Shown: piece by piece, positions 28,517 to 41,150 of the stretch
Position numbering within the stretch: position 1 is the stretch's first letter
Layout of the letters: the number at the start of each line of letters is the position of its first letter
Assembly (NCBI GenBank): GCA_043228905.1
Contig: JBHGNT010000001.1
Location: forward strand, 5,270,001-5,334,000
Source of the DNA: Azolla caroliniana
Taxonomy: Eukaryota > Plantae > Polypodiophyta
Reading direction: 5' to 3'
Length of the DNA: 64,000 nucleotides
Made by a program: the position numbers and the translations under genes
The notes under the pieces: model-generated
Databases searched by the model: none
The model's input: only the letters and a program-made list of their open reading frames with translations
Told to the model about the DNA's origin: nothing

Positions 28517-31099
28517 TTACATGTCAAGGGGGACCTCAGTAATATTCATCACTCTCATGGCTTCAATCTTTTTTGCGTCCTCATGCATGCCAGCACCTGC
28601 AAAAATAGTAGCCATACATGCATACGCTGCAGCATTCCCTTTATCTAGTTGTATTGCATTATTGAAGGCCAATCTCCCAAGGTCAACATTTCCCCATTTT
28701 CTACATGCACCCAATAGAGCACCCCAGAGAGGAGGATAATCCGATGCTAGCATTGTCTCAATCACCAACATTGCCTTTTCAAAGTGTCCGGCACGACCTA
28801 GAATGTCGACTATGCACGTATAGTGCTCGGGGTCTTGTATCACACCATATTTGCTCATACTCACAAATTTCACTTCACCTTCATATACTAGACCTGAATG
28901 ACTACATGCATTTAGCACTGAGAGGAAAGTCATCGCGGTTGGAGAGATGCCTTCATGTTGCATCCATTCAAAACAATGTAGTGCTTCTTCACCGCGTCCA
29001 TGTTGGGCATATCTTGAGATAAGTGTTGACCAGGAGACCACATCCCGGATCGGAAGTTTATCGAGCACTACTTTTGCTTTCACCAGTGCACCAGATTTGG
29101 CATACATATCGACCAACATGCTGCCAAGAATAGCATCTTTTCCCAATAAACCCTTCCTTAAAATCTCGTCGTAGATTTGTTCTCCCTTTTCAATCGCCCT
29201 CATGATTCCACAAGCCTTTAAAATGCAAGTGAAGGTGATCATATCAGCCAAGAAGCCTTCACTTTGCATACGTCCAAAACAATGCAATGCATTGCTTCCT
29301 TGCCCTTGCAAGACATACCCAGATATTAAAGCATTCCAAGATACCAAATCACGAATGGTGAGTTTATCAAATACATTTTGAGCTTCTAGAAGTCCACCAC
29401 ATTTAGCATACATATCCACCAAAGCAGTGCTGAGAACAATACATTTCCCATTCAACCAACCCTTGGCAATTAGTTCGGCATGAGTTTGCTTGCCTCTTTC
29501 AATCACCCTAATGCTACCATAGGCTTTCAGAACACAAGCAAAGGTGATTGTATCTGGATGGATGCCTTGAGTTTGCATTTGCTTGAAACAGGATAATGCT
29601 TTCCCACCCTGCCCATGTTTGACATAAGCAGATATCAACGCATTCCATGAGATAGAATCAGACGCTCGAAGTTCATCTTTGAGAATTTGATGTGCTTTAC
29701 ATAGCGCTCCACATTGAGCATACATATCTACCAATGCACTACTGATTGCAACATGTTTTGCAAGAAATCCATTACTGATAACCTGATCATGAATTCGTTT
29801 GCCTGTATCAATTGCCCCTATATTAGCACAAGCTTTCAAGATACAAATGAAGGTGATGGCATTAGGAGAAAATCCCTTGATTTGCATTTGCTCAAAACAA
29901 TCAAATACTTCTTTACATTTATTGTGTTGCAGATAGCCTGAAATGAATGCATTCCACGTGATAACATCCCATAATGAAAGCTCATCGAATGCCTTTTGTG
30001 CTTCTGAAAACGCGCCGCATGTGGCATACATACCTACCAGAGCATTGCTAAGTATGAGGTTTTGTTTCTCCAATAATCCCTTAAATGAAATCTCATTGTG
30101 GACTTGTTTGCCCTTGTTGAGTTCCCCTGTTCTACTACAAGCCTTCAAAACACAAACATAAGTTATGAGAGTTGGAGAGATTCCCTCTAGCTTCATTCTT
30201 TCGAATAAGAAGAAAGCTTCTTCACCTTGTTCTAGCTCACAATATCCTGAGATCAACATAGTCCATGATGCAACACTTCGAAATGGCAGCTCATCAAAAA
30301 GCTTTTGTGCATGCACGACATCCCCGCATTTCGCATACATGCCGACTAAAGCATTCCCAAGCACAGCATCTCTTCCCAACAAACCCATATACACAATCAC
30401 CTCATGAATCTCTTTACCCTTGTCCAGTGCTCCTATACAACCACATGCACCCAGTATGAATGTGAACGTGATTGCATCTGGGGTGAGGCCCTCATTCTGC
30501 ATGCGTTGGAAACATGTGATTGCGTCATTGTCATGACCCTCTTTGACGTACCCCGAGATCAAGGTCGACCATGTGACTGTATCTCGGATGCAGAGTGTTT
30601 CGACAACTTGTTTAGCTTCACCGAGCAAACCGCATCCAGTATACATGTATACAAGCGCATTTCCGAGAACTGTATCAGTCTCAGAGAGCCCCTTTATCAC
30701 AATCTCAGCATGGATTTGCTGGCCTTTCTCACCCATCCTGAGGTGATTTCCACACGCCTTCAACACACAAATGAAAGTTACTACATTGGGAGAGATGCCC
30801 TCGAAGTGCATACATTGGAAACACATGAGAGCTTCCACTTCTTTGGCATGGTGAACAAGACCAGTGATGAATGCATTCCAAATGACCGTGTCATGGAGAG
30901 GAAGTGAATGGAGGACGAATTCAGCTCTGGCAAAATCACCACATTTGGCATACATATGGATCAAAGTGGTAGCTAAATGCGGGCTCTTCACAAATAACCC
31001 TCTATTTACTATCTCTATATGTGCTCTTATGCCTTCATGCACATCCTTGTTCTTCCCACAATGCTTTAATAATGCCAAGAAACAATCAATCTTGTTCAT
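28517..31099 (-). CDS. PLS-class pentatricopeptide repeat protein with C-terminal E domain, no DYW (organellar RNA-editing factor-like); intronless
   Basis: About 860 aa from the first ATG (31099). Repeating P-L-S triplets ('GNALVGMYAKCG', 'DVVSWSTLISRY', 'TFICILKAC'). Ends 'EHYTCIVDILGRAG...WGALLGACRKWGNVDLGRLAF...AAYACMATIFAGAG' and then stops. Confidence 0.95.
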   Translation of the reverse strand: MNKIDCFLALLKHCGKNKDVHEGIRAHIEIVNRGLFVKSPHLATTLIHMYAKCGDFARAEFVLHSLPLHDTVIWNAFITGLVHHAKEVEALMCFQCMHFEGISPNVVTFICVLKACGNHLRMGEKGQQIHAEIVIKGLSETDTVLGNALVYMYTGCGLLGEAKQVVETLCIRDTVTWSTLISGYVKEGHDNDAITCFQRMQNEGLTPDAITFTFILGACGCIGALDKGKEIHEVIVYMGLLGRDAVLGNALVGMYAKCGDVVHAQKLFDELPFRSVASWTMLISGYCELEQGEEAFFLFERMKLEGISPTLITYVCVLKACSRTGELNKGKQVHNEISFKGLLEKQNLILSNALVGMYATCGAFSEAQKAFDELSLWDVITWNAFISGYLQHNKCKEVFDCFEQMQIKGFSPNAITFICILKACANIGAIDTGKRIHDQVISNGFLAKHVAISSALVDMYAQCGALCKAHQILKDELRASDSISWNALISAYVKHGQGGKALSCFKQMQTQGIHPDTITFACVLKAYGSIRVIERGKQTHAELIAKGWLNGKCIVLSTALVDMYAKCGGLLEAQNVFDKLTIRDLVSWNALISGYVLQGQGSNALHCFGRMQSEGFLADMITFTCILKACGIMRAIEKGEQIYDEILRKGLLGKDAILGSMLVDMYAKSGALVKAKVVLDKLPIRDVVSWSTLISRYAQHGRGEEALHCFEWMQHEGISPTAMTFLSVLNACSHSGLVYEGEVKFVSMSKYGVIQDPEHYTCIVDILGRAGHFEKAMLVIETMLASDYPPLWGALLGACRKWGNVDLGRLAFNNAIQLDKGNAAAYACMATIFAGAGMHEDAKKIEAMRVMNITEVPLDM

Positions 31100-31412
31100 C
31101 TTTAATGATGGAGGACGTATGATCCATCCTCCTTTTTCTTCTTCCTCTTCATCTTTTTCTTCCTCTTTGGTATTGCATGGGTTTTTTTTCCTCTTTATCA
31201 AATAGAATGAAATTTACACAACTTCAAATGTCAGCATGGATATTGAATTTACTATGAAGAGTTGAATCTGGGTAGCCCACATACATTCCATTCTTGATTT
31301 AGGGAAAAACTCGGAAATAAATTCTCCTGTTTTCCCCTATATTTCGCTGAATTCTCTTTTAGGTTTTCATTATTTCTGTAAACGCCTTTGGTCAACCTCC
31401 TTTGGCCAATTT

Positions 31413-31416
<4 letters not shown>

Positions 31417-31454
<38 letters not shown>
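31417..31454. repeat. (CT)n microsatellite
   Basis: Perfect CT run visible in sequence. Confidence 0.9.
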
Positions 31455-31457
<3 letters not shown>

Positions 31458-33221
31458 AAAAGCACACCATTACATTACTTGCATGTAACAACCACTCGCA
31501 CAACTTCTTAGCCTTCTCTACCTATATGTTTAGGTAGAAGGACATCTTGCCAAAACCATTAGGAAGTCTGTATATGCATTTGAAGAAATGATCCCCACAT
31601 GCTCCAACATCCAAAATTTCCAAACATCCCACCATTACGCAAGAGTGTCAGACTAGGGAACATTTTGGGAGATAATGGAAACATGTGGATCTCAAACTTT
31701 CCACTAAATGGTGACGATGTTTTGTATTGCACAATTTCATCTAATTTTGCATACTAAACAGTTTCTATTTATTTTATGGGATCTGTTTTTAGTCATCTTT
31801 CACGCATTTTTTGAACACAGATTATACGTTAAGAATATCATTCTAGAACATCAAAGCAATCCTGAAAGCTATGGGTTGCATCAAAATATAGATTACATAT
31901 TCGTTGACACTTTTGGACTTTCGAAGAAGAAATCATCTCAGGGCTCCCTCCAATCGAGTGTTAAATTTGCAGTGTGCACTATGAGAAATTTATAACTTGG
32001 GTACCAACACATACCATATAATGAGACGCCATAATTTAGGATTACATCATTATTAGACACAGGATGAGGCATCAATTCATCTGATCTTGTCACATACATC
32101 AAATGTCTATTGTTATGATAACTTTAGTATTGAGTGAACATTTATAACACTTTCACTATACTCTACTACTATGCAATGACATATAATGCTCTAATGTATC
32201 ATACACAATAATGAGGAAGCTTTCACAATTGTGAACTTGAGTAGCTACAAACCATTAAAAGAGATCACGAAGGTGATGACTTTGATTTATACTATATGAT
32301 GTCAATGAAGTTCAATAAGGTGACATTGACTTTGCCATGTACATGCATCCCATATCACAAATGGTGACTCTTCTGATTATAGTTTAACTAAAGAATATCA
32401 TCCAATAGGTATCTACTCAAAAACTTGGATCTACTAAAGTTAAGGTGAAGATGTAGTCATATGTTTCCTTCACATGGCGAGGCACATAGCTAACAAGCTC
32501 TGCCATTATCTCAAGGCAATGGTAAAATGGTGTGTCTTGCATGACACATATAGGGAGATTAGGGGTATTATTAACAAGGGTAATAGATTAACGCATCGTT
32601 GTTAAGTCTTTTGAACATAGTCCTAAAGAGTATGGTTTGGGTTATGGAAGTTATATATGTAAAATAGCATAGGCACACATAGGTCTATGCATTGGATAGC
32701 AAAAATGGAAGTTTGGCCACAATATCTCATATCATATCAGGTCTATTACATGTGGTAGGCTATCAGATTGCGACTCTCGTGCTACCATTTCACTTGCATC
32801 GAGCCTAAACCATTTGTTGTGGAGGTCAAATCAATGTAGCTTCTCTTGTGATCTATTGAATCGGATATGCCTACTTTTGTGTCAGTGGAGCATATGCTAG
32901 AGGTCTTTATAGATGGAGGTTCCATGATACCGCATACATATGCAATGGAAAAACACGTTCTCGTTTATAGTTCTAACACTTAGTTGTTGGAAGGGTCCAC
33001 CAGCAAGGATGGAGGATCCAATGTCTACCGTGGGGCATGGAGAGGTTTTGACATACACATAATGTCTTGGACATGAATCCTGTCCAACCCAATCTAATAT
33101 AGCACAAGCCAAGCCAAAACCATTACAACACAATACAAGCCAACCCAATCCAATCCAATCCAATCCAATCCAATATAATACAACTCTATTCCAATTCCAA
33201 GATTTCGGCTTCACAACAATT

Positions 33222-33621
33222 TCATTCTGTAGGTCTTCTCTCGAAACCCTTGGAAGGATGATCGAGAGACGCAAGGGGCTCCACGGTTACGGACGTGACG
33301 ACTGCGGCCTCGGGCCCGATCTTGCAGCTCTCGACCATGGCATCCACGTCCCGCGTGTTCCCCGAGAACACGGCCTCGACCGACCCATCGCGCCGGTTTC
33401 GCACCCAACCGTCCAATCCGAGCCTGGATGCCTTCTCAACCGTCCATTTCCTGTAGTACACTCCCTGCACCCTGCCCTTGATCCTCACACTTACCTGCAC
33501 ATATAAAGGGGAAGAAGATGAGAGAATCTGAAAGAAGAAGTAAAAAAACTAATAATCTGATTAGGGTTTGCAGGAAGAAGAAGAAGAAGAAGAAGGTACT
33601 TACTGTTTTCACGGCCTCCAT
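33222..33621 (-). CDS. ACYP: Acylphosphatase (96 aa, 2 exons)
   Basis: Exon 1 33621-33604 (MEAVKT, donor GTAAGT). Exon 2 33494-33222 has 'IKGRVQGVYYR' and 'GWVRNRRDGSVEAVFSG', the acylphosphatase signatures with catalytic Arg/Asn. Confidence 0.93.
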
Positions 33622-33758
33622 GGCAAGGCAAAAAACGAAAGAAATATTGATCTTCCTTCAGACAAAAGGCAGAAAGGCGAAGAAGTTAAATTTGAAGCAT
33701 GTGATTCTCGTTATTGAATAGGATCCCCAATACACACTTTGTCCGGCTGGGCATATGT

Positions 33759-33951
33759 ACTTAGTTTGGCACCATTGTGTTCGTGAAAAAAACTTGAGTT
33801 TTGCGTGTAAATTGCACCTTCGAAATCTTTGAGAATCGATTATTCATCGTGTGAACTTAGTTTGGCGCCATTGTGTTCGTGAAAAAACTCGAGTTTTGTG
33901 TGTAAATTGTACCTTCGAAATTTTTGAGAATCGATGATTCATCGTGTGAAC
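33759..33951. repeat. ~96-bp direct tandem duplication upstream of the acylphosphatase gene
   Basis: 'ACTTAGTTTGGC(A/G)CCATTGTGTTCGTGAAAAAA...ATTCATCGTGTGAAC' starts at 33759 and again at 33855, with few mismatches. Confidence 0.9.
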
Positions 33952-35642
33952 ATTGAACGGTGGAAAAGTATTGATCTCTTTCAAGGAAATCTAGCAGTGA
34001 AAAACCTTAGCAATTTCGCTACATTCTTTTTGCCGACATATTTTCTCACATCTCAAAATGAAGCGTTTTCTAATTTGTTGCGTCATATTGGGAACGAGTC
34101 AGTCATGGCTTTGCAATTCGAAAGCAAATTGCAATGTGTTTACTATCATGCCCTAATAGATTGGCAAGATATTTGAATCCCATGAGGAGGAGGGCTTAGA
34201 GTGGAGGATAATAGACCTAAGACATGTTGGAAATTTGGATAGCTACAAAGGTTTTGGGAATTTTATCCCTTATATATGACATATGTGGGAAAAACAAGCA
34301 CAAATGCGCTCATTCCAAGATATGTATATTTGTTCTGGGACATAGAGAAATCCAAATGGCTTGCTTTCTCAAAAATGGTATCTCTCATTGCATCATTCTA
34401 TTGTGTGTGCCAACGAACAAAATGTATTACCTAATTTGTCTTCTTGCGTCTTTAATCCCCTCATTACTCCATGATTTCATGTGATTGTGTCTAACTATTA
34501 ATGGGTTTTATGCATCCATTGGATCATCTTGAGATGCCATGTTGGGGACACTCAAATGTTGCTAAAAAAAACCTTGTTTACATTAGAAGGTGCACTTAAA
34601 TTTTTGAATGTTCAAAAAGTTAGTCAAAGAATCTTTGTTTGTATCCACACATTATAAATTATAATACTAAGGAGATTGATTGCACAATCTATTGTTTGGG
34701 TTTCTCCATTCCCATGGAATTATTCCATGTAATATTTCTCAATGCTTTGTATACAACTAAATTGTTATAATGAAAGACATTGAATACTTTGAAAAACAAT
34801 ATCGTTGTGATGGTGACAAGGAATTTTGTGATTACATCAAGTCAAACGAATTGTTAAGAATGCAGTCACATTTGTTGGCTTTTCCTTGAAAGCTGCATTC
34901 TAGAAGTTGCATCACTTAAAAATAATACTATGTTAGTAGGATGTCTTGTTTGCATGTTCTCCTATCTTTTGTAGCATGGCTCTTCACATTAAGTATCACA
35001 TCATTTTTAATGTCTTAACTTAATAACAGGTTTTACTCCCATCGCAATTGATTCTTCATTCCACATATTGTGGTTCATATCCTATGGGACGTTTTATTGG
35101 TGCATGTCCCCATCCTTTGAGCACCAAGACAGTTCTCATTTGGGCATATGTATATTTGGCATTTCTGATAGCCCAATGAAAGATATAGATGAATCGTGAG
35201 ATTATGATGGTACTGAAAAAAGTGGCTCAGATCATTAAAAATCAATGGGTCTAAATAGCTTCAAAAATGAACAAATTATCAACAAACATAATTAATTGAA
35301 TCTAATAAAGTCAGCAATACCAATACAACAATAAGCTCAAATATAATTATATTATTTGCTTTATTTCACTTGTCAACATAACCCATATACAATCTTCCCA
35401 CAAACTAACAAGTATAATCCAAAATTGGGCTTTGACTACACTAGGAATTCTGGCATCCAGCAAGTTACATTATACACTTTCCATTCTCACTCAAGACTTG
35501 AAATGGAAAAAAGAAAAGAAAAAATAATATCCCTGAAGATGAGTGAGTTATCAAAATGCAGGGCCCAAAAGATACACGGCGTATCATGGAAATACTAACA
35601 TCTATTGGTCTTTTTGATGGATTAATCACACTTTGTACTGGA

Positions 35643-35778
35643 TTGCAATATAGTAAAGCCAACAATGCTTGACTTCATCTCCTCCATCCGAGATGAGATC
35701 CAAATTGGTGGTTTGCAATATAGTAAAGCCAACAATGCTTGACTTCATCTCCTCCATCCGAGATGAGATCCAAATTGG
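35643..35778. repeat. 70-bp-period tandem duplication spanning the stop codon of the UIEF-like gene
   Basis: 'TTGCAATATAGTAAAGCC...GAGATCCAAATTGG' is identical at 35643-35708 and 35713-35778. Confidence 0.92.
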
Positions 35779-38700
35779 CGTTTAAGTTGGCGTTCTTCAC
35801 GCAGTGAGGCAAATCTGGAATCAAGTGTCTGTGGTTTATGCATGAGGCCACTAACAAAACCCTAGCAAATAAAAAAGAGTGGCAAAATTAGAAATACAAC
35901 AGTTTCTTTCAGAGGGAACATAGAGTTTATCATAGCAAACAGACAAATAAGGGTCTCTCACATTGTTGGACACCCAATTTGGTCTTGGAGACGGAGAAAC
36001 TCGCTTCCCAAAGGGTCTTGCCTTTATACCTCCATTCACCCCACTGCTAGTGAGTTGCCATGGTTAAATGAAGGAGTTCAAGAAAGGGGATGCAATTCAT
36101 AAGGACAACTCTATACTAAACCAAAACTGTCATCCACCAGCATCACTACTAGCAGATACTATACATATACATACACACATATGAACACTCACTTTATCAT
36201 CACATTAGGGCTCAGTAACTTTGCAGTTCTGGCACCAACACCTGCTAGCTGAACGGCTCCTTGCGCCATGGGCTTCCTGAGAGAAATGCAACCAAACTAT
36301 AAAAAAGGCTCCTGTCGTTGAAATAAATTCACTGCATGACTGGTAGATTTCCAAGTCTACCTGCGCCACCTGTTCAAGGGTGCAGTCACATTATTCAATG
36401 ATCCTCGTGTACTTAATTCAGTTGCAGCAGATATAGATCTTCTGTTAATCCAAGTCCTTGATTCAGCTACTTTTGTCTGCTTCATTTGAAATCAAGAGTC
36501 AGAGTTAAAGGTTACCATGCATTTTCATTATAAACAGGACATTACACGCAAAGCTCTATTCATGCATTGCCTGTTATTTGCAGCACATTGTGATGGCTCA
36601 ACTTTTTAAAAATACTAACTACAAACATAAGATCAATCAAACTTTTATGTGCCAACTGATGAAAGAGGAATTCTAATAGAGAAACAATTATTGACATGAA
36701 CAAACGCCAGCTGACCCTTATTTTAGTCAATAAGGGGGTATTGCTGTTTCAAAAGGCATTCTGCATAGACGCTCCTAAACACCCCAATTAATATTATGTT
36801 TTGCTCCTTTTTTTCCTAAAATGATAGGGTACACATCCCATTCTGTGATCAATTGTCTCATGGGCCAATTTTGGTCTTAGAAAACGTTAATATATCTTTC
36901 TTTATTTCTTGCATTAAGATCATGATCATGGAACTTTAGGAAACTGAGAGCTTTTATTTTGTTTCATATGGATAACATGAACTCACAGTAATCATTGTCT
37001 CATAGGCCAGTTTTGGCCTCTAGAAGACATCAGTGTATCTTTTTCTCTCGCTCTCTTTTAATTCATTCACTGAGATCACTCATTCTCTCATGCTCTTTCT
37101 CTATAATGTGTCATGGTAACTCAATATCAATACTTGATGTACAAGAAAATGATAATGTCTACAATCTATTGTTTAATAGTGACCATGTACCTTGAATTTG
37201 TAATGTTTGCACTGATGGGATTTCCCATATTTGTTAAAACAATACATGTAAAAAGTGGGTTATTCACAACATATTTGCAATGTCTTACCAAAAGTTGTAA
37301 ATGTGTTTCCAACATTAAGGAAGTGCGCTTCCGGAAAGTTGCAAGCCACAGTGGTAAGTCCCATGAAGTTAATGCAGTGGCTGAATATACCAATTACGGT
37401 TTGTATATGAATGGTACTTTATGAGCCAATCATAGTAAGTCGCGCACCCAATCATTGTTTGTATTTGTATCTACCCACTTAGGAGCATATGACCATATAT
37501 CTTCATTCAACAAGTGGAAGTGAACCCACCAGCAGGTTGACGTCATGACTGCCAAACTACAATGCTCTCAGCGTGTGAACTCAAAAGAAAAAGCTAAACA
37601 TCGTGGAACATGAAAGTATGGTCGCAAGGGCAGAACTATCTGATCCCTGTTAGGTTTAGGTGGTTCAATACATAAACTACATCCTCAAAAAGAGTTTCAC
37701 ATAATCACGCTCAAGCACTTGTAATTGAGATTTTCTGTTTCTTCAATTTTAGTTGATGTGGCAGTAAGTAGGTATTATACATGTCCTATCTGAATGCAGG
37801 TTAACACTAACTTTTGACAGATAAGCATAAGAGTATTAGATACAAACTAAAGAAGATTTTACTGTTCTCATTTGAACATTTTCCAAAACAGGTTTCACAG
37901 AAGATTAGCAATAGAAAACCTGGTGGAAAGTCGATGATTGCAGTGTTTCGAACCTTTCCAAGACCTCTCTTCTCCTCTTAATATCCCTTAATTTTTGAAT
38001 ATCCTGTCCGAATTGAGAATCTTCCCCTCCGCTGTGATTCAAATGTTTCCTTCTTCGTTTTGGCATTCGGGGTAGTTCTTCCCCTTGTGCTTGTCCAGTT
38101 TCAGACATAGAGATAATCCCTAATCTCTTCTGTCTTGTAACCTATCTAGACAGAATATATATGCCAAGTTTCAAATTAATCCTCTGAATTGACACCAACA
38201 TATGTGCTTTTTTTTAATTAACTAGTCCTCCAGAAAATCTGTAAAATATCCTTGAATGTTCTATGACATTTTTACAGGCTTCTAAAATATTCAATGAAAG
38301 CTTCTAGAAAAGTCATTGAAGGTTGGTTTTGGAACCTAAGTCCTTGAATGTTCTAGAAAAATCTAGAATCTAAATGTCCTTGACCTGACTAGAAGCTTCT
38401 CGAATAGTGTGTGATACATCCTATCAGTTCCCATTTAATTTCAGAAAGCCCTATTAAAACATTCTAGAATATTTTAAGACTTCTGTCGGCTCGATATTCC
38501 ATGCAAAAACTCCATGGCTCTATTCCAAGATTTCAAGGAACGTCTTGAGAGAGATTAATCACCTTATCAGTCCGAATTTTTCTATCCATTTTCTTGGTTT
38601 GTTTGATAATATCATCTGCAAAACAGTTAAATTTAATGCTTATACTCGGAAAACCCCAAGATTTTCCGAATATTGCAATTTGATGAATCTTACAGAGCAA

Positions 38701-39365
38701 CAAGTGTTTAATTAGAATCTCGAATACATTGCAAGAAACCCTGACAGTGATAGATGTTTCAGAATAGCTTCCTATATTGCATATATAAATGTTCCAGAAG
38801 ATAAAAAAAAGAAAACTTTCATTTCATCCAAATCTCAAATTTGTTCGTAAGAATCCCTGAATCTAAACCCAATTTCATTGAGAGTAATGCTTATATAGAA
38901 AATGTCCAATATTTCATCTGATTAATATTCCATAAGAATAAAGCCTCACATCAAATCTCAAGAAATAACTTCATTATTAGATCAAAGCTGAATATCCTGT
39001 GTATTAAAGAAACCTAGCAGGATCCTTTGGTGTGTATTGTAATAACCAAAAATACCTAATGTAGCCTAACATGGCCTTTTATTCCGTAAACCTAATAGGG
39101 TCTGCTATTCTGAAAAAATAATATCGTAGCCTTAATCCTGGTTTCATAGAAAAAAAAAGAGTGAGAGAAAATGTGTGCATTTTTGAGAGTCTCGGACAAA
39201 ACCAGCCGAAATTCGAAAAGAAAGAGAGAAAAAGAGAAATGTGCATTGTTTGGTTTTCCCCATCCCTAACTCTAGTGTTCTTAGTTTCACAGAAATATAT
39301 CGACCTAATGACATGTCGACCTTGCGCTCGATATCGCCCAGATTGACGTCAAGCTGAGAGGCCAT
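35745..39365 (-). CDS. UAP56-interacting mRNA export factor-like protein (UIEF1/At4g10970 family), 7 coding exons
   Basis: Exons ~39365-39305, 38615-38563, 38141-37920, 36476-36361, ~36276-36193, ~36043-35962, 35861-35745. N-terminal UAP56-binding-type motif 'ERKVDMSL|DDIIK' and C-terminal 'KPQTLDSRFASLREER', both recalled from this family. Confidence 0.75.
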
Positions 39366-41150
39366 TCCAAAAACACAACAAAGGGATCAGTAAACCTTAA
39401 CCCGCCGTCTCTTTCTGTTTCTTCTTCTTCTTCTATTTACTCAAAGCATTCAGGAAAAACTGCTGATTTTCCTTCTTCTTCCTCCTCCGTTGCTTCGACT
39501 TTTTTTTACCGCGCAGGTGTATGGATGTATAGCTAGAAACCGGATGTCCTCTTTCTTCTTCTTCCTGCTTCCTGCTTCCTGCTTCCTGCTTTAAGCTTAA
39601 TAATAAGCCTTTAGGCCAGAGAGAGACAGAGACAGAGATGCATTAGCTCGAACGCAGAGATTTTGGTCTATACATACACTGTACACACTACAAATATGTA
39701 CAGATTAGACCTAGGGTTTAGTAATAGTAATGTGTATGTACTGCATAGAAAGAGATATGTATGGCTATGGCAAGAGCACTTACTTATTCACACTTTCTAC
39801 AAACACATAAAATCCAATGCCTCTTTCCAATAAATATACATACATACATTATACATATAATGATATAATGATATATGTATGTATGTGAGCATGTTTGTCG
39901 TTCCAGTTTCTTCTCGTACAAATCGCTCGATCCATGGCATCCAGTTTCATCATCCGAGACTTAACAAGTTCCTCCTGGGGGTTGGAGATGGACTGCATTA
40001 TCTAATGATGAAGTCCCCTTCTTGTCTCTCTTTAGCCTAGTTGTCAGGTTGATTTCCTTTTCTAGCTTTTTTGCATTGTTATGAATTGGATGCTTAATCT
40101 CCATAGCCCTAAGCCCCCCCTCCTTACACAATTCATGTTCCCTTTATAGCCTTGACTTCAACAACAATTGATTTGCATAGTCATGTTATCCGTTAATGAA
40201 TTAATTCGTTTCCTTTCTATTTGTTCCTAATTCACACCATGACCTTTGAAAGAAAAAAAACATTTGCATCTCTTTAATACTGTTGTACCGTGGATGAACT
40301 CAAAATGCCAAATTGCATCCCATGTAACATACTTCCATTATCTCATCAAAGTCATGATAAATGTTCAACGGAAGTCTTTTGTGTCCCTGTTTGTTGGGCT
40401 TTGCATGCTACTCGTTCCTTTTGAACACATACCTCCTTTCATACTTCCCTGAGAAGTTCACAGTGTCTCCATTAAGTCCTCCCACTCATTCAAAAAGACC
40501 TCCCCACCCTCTAGTTGCTTCTCCTTGTCTAAGAACATGTGCCATATCATAACTTTACAAAATTGCTAGAGCTAGCTACTAACGTAAGCATATGATAAGG
40601 ACATAATAGATAAATAGAGGAGAGAGGAGAGAGAGAGAAGGGTGTCAATCCACCCGGCCAACCCCGAGTGAAGGGATCGAGACGGACTCGAGGCTCGATC
40701 AACATCCCATACCACCGTTGTGGCATTGAGTCGTACCTAGTATTGGTGCGCTCACTTCAAGAGTTGATCACCACAAGGTTAGAGTCTCGATGTAGTCGAT
40801 AATGTGTCAAACGAGGGTAGTTAGGCCTCATATTTATAGCCAGACCTAAGGCCCCCTAGGCAAGTTCACACAATCAACCTAATTTTTCCAAACAATGAGT
40901 ATCATCATGAGATGGACCTTATGATAACCAAGTTAGACTCACAATTTTCTTCATCTTTCCATAAACTCAGTGAACTAGACATGGAGGTATGTATATGGGC
41001 ACTGTGTTTTGTGATATAATACATTTTTCTTGTGTGTGATGATTGTCCACTTGAATTGTGATTAAGTTGTCCTTAGTTGTTTAATTTTATGCTCGCATCT
41101 CAACATCTAGAATCCTAAATAACTAATCTTGCCCTCTTGATATTGTATGT

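Noticed and set aside
28485-31205. Several + strand ORFs overlapping the PPR gene, and similar antisense ORFs over the PHD and LEA_2 exons
   Set aside because: Antisense shadows of real coding sequence with no recognisable motifs.
32897-33274. 125-aa ORF with WIGLDWIGLG repeats
   Set aside because: Artefact of a (CCAAT)n pentamer repeat in the acylphosphatase 3' region.
40560-40900. Possible solo LTR (GA-rich tract, TATA-like CTATAAATA on the - strand)
   Set aside because: Could not identify TG..CA termini with a matching target-site duplication.
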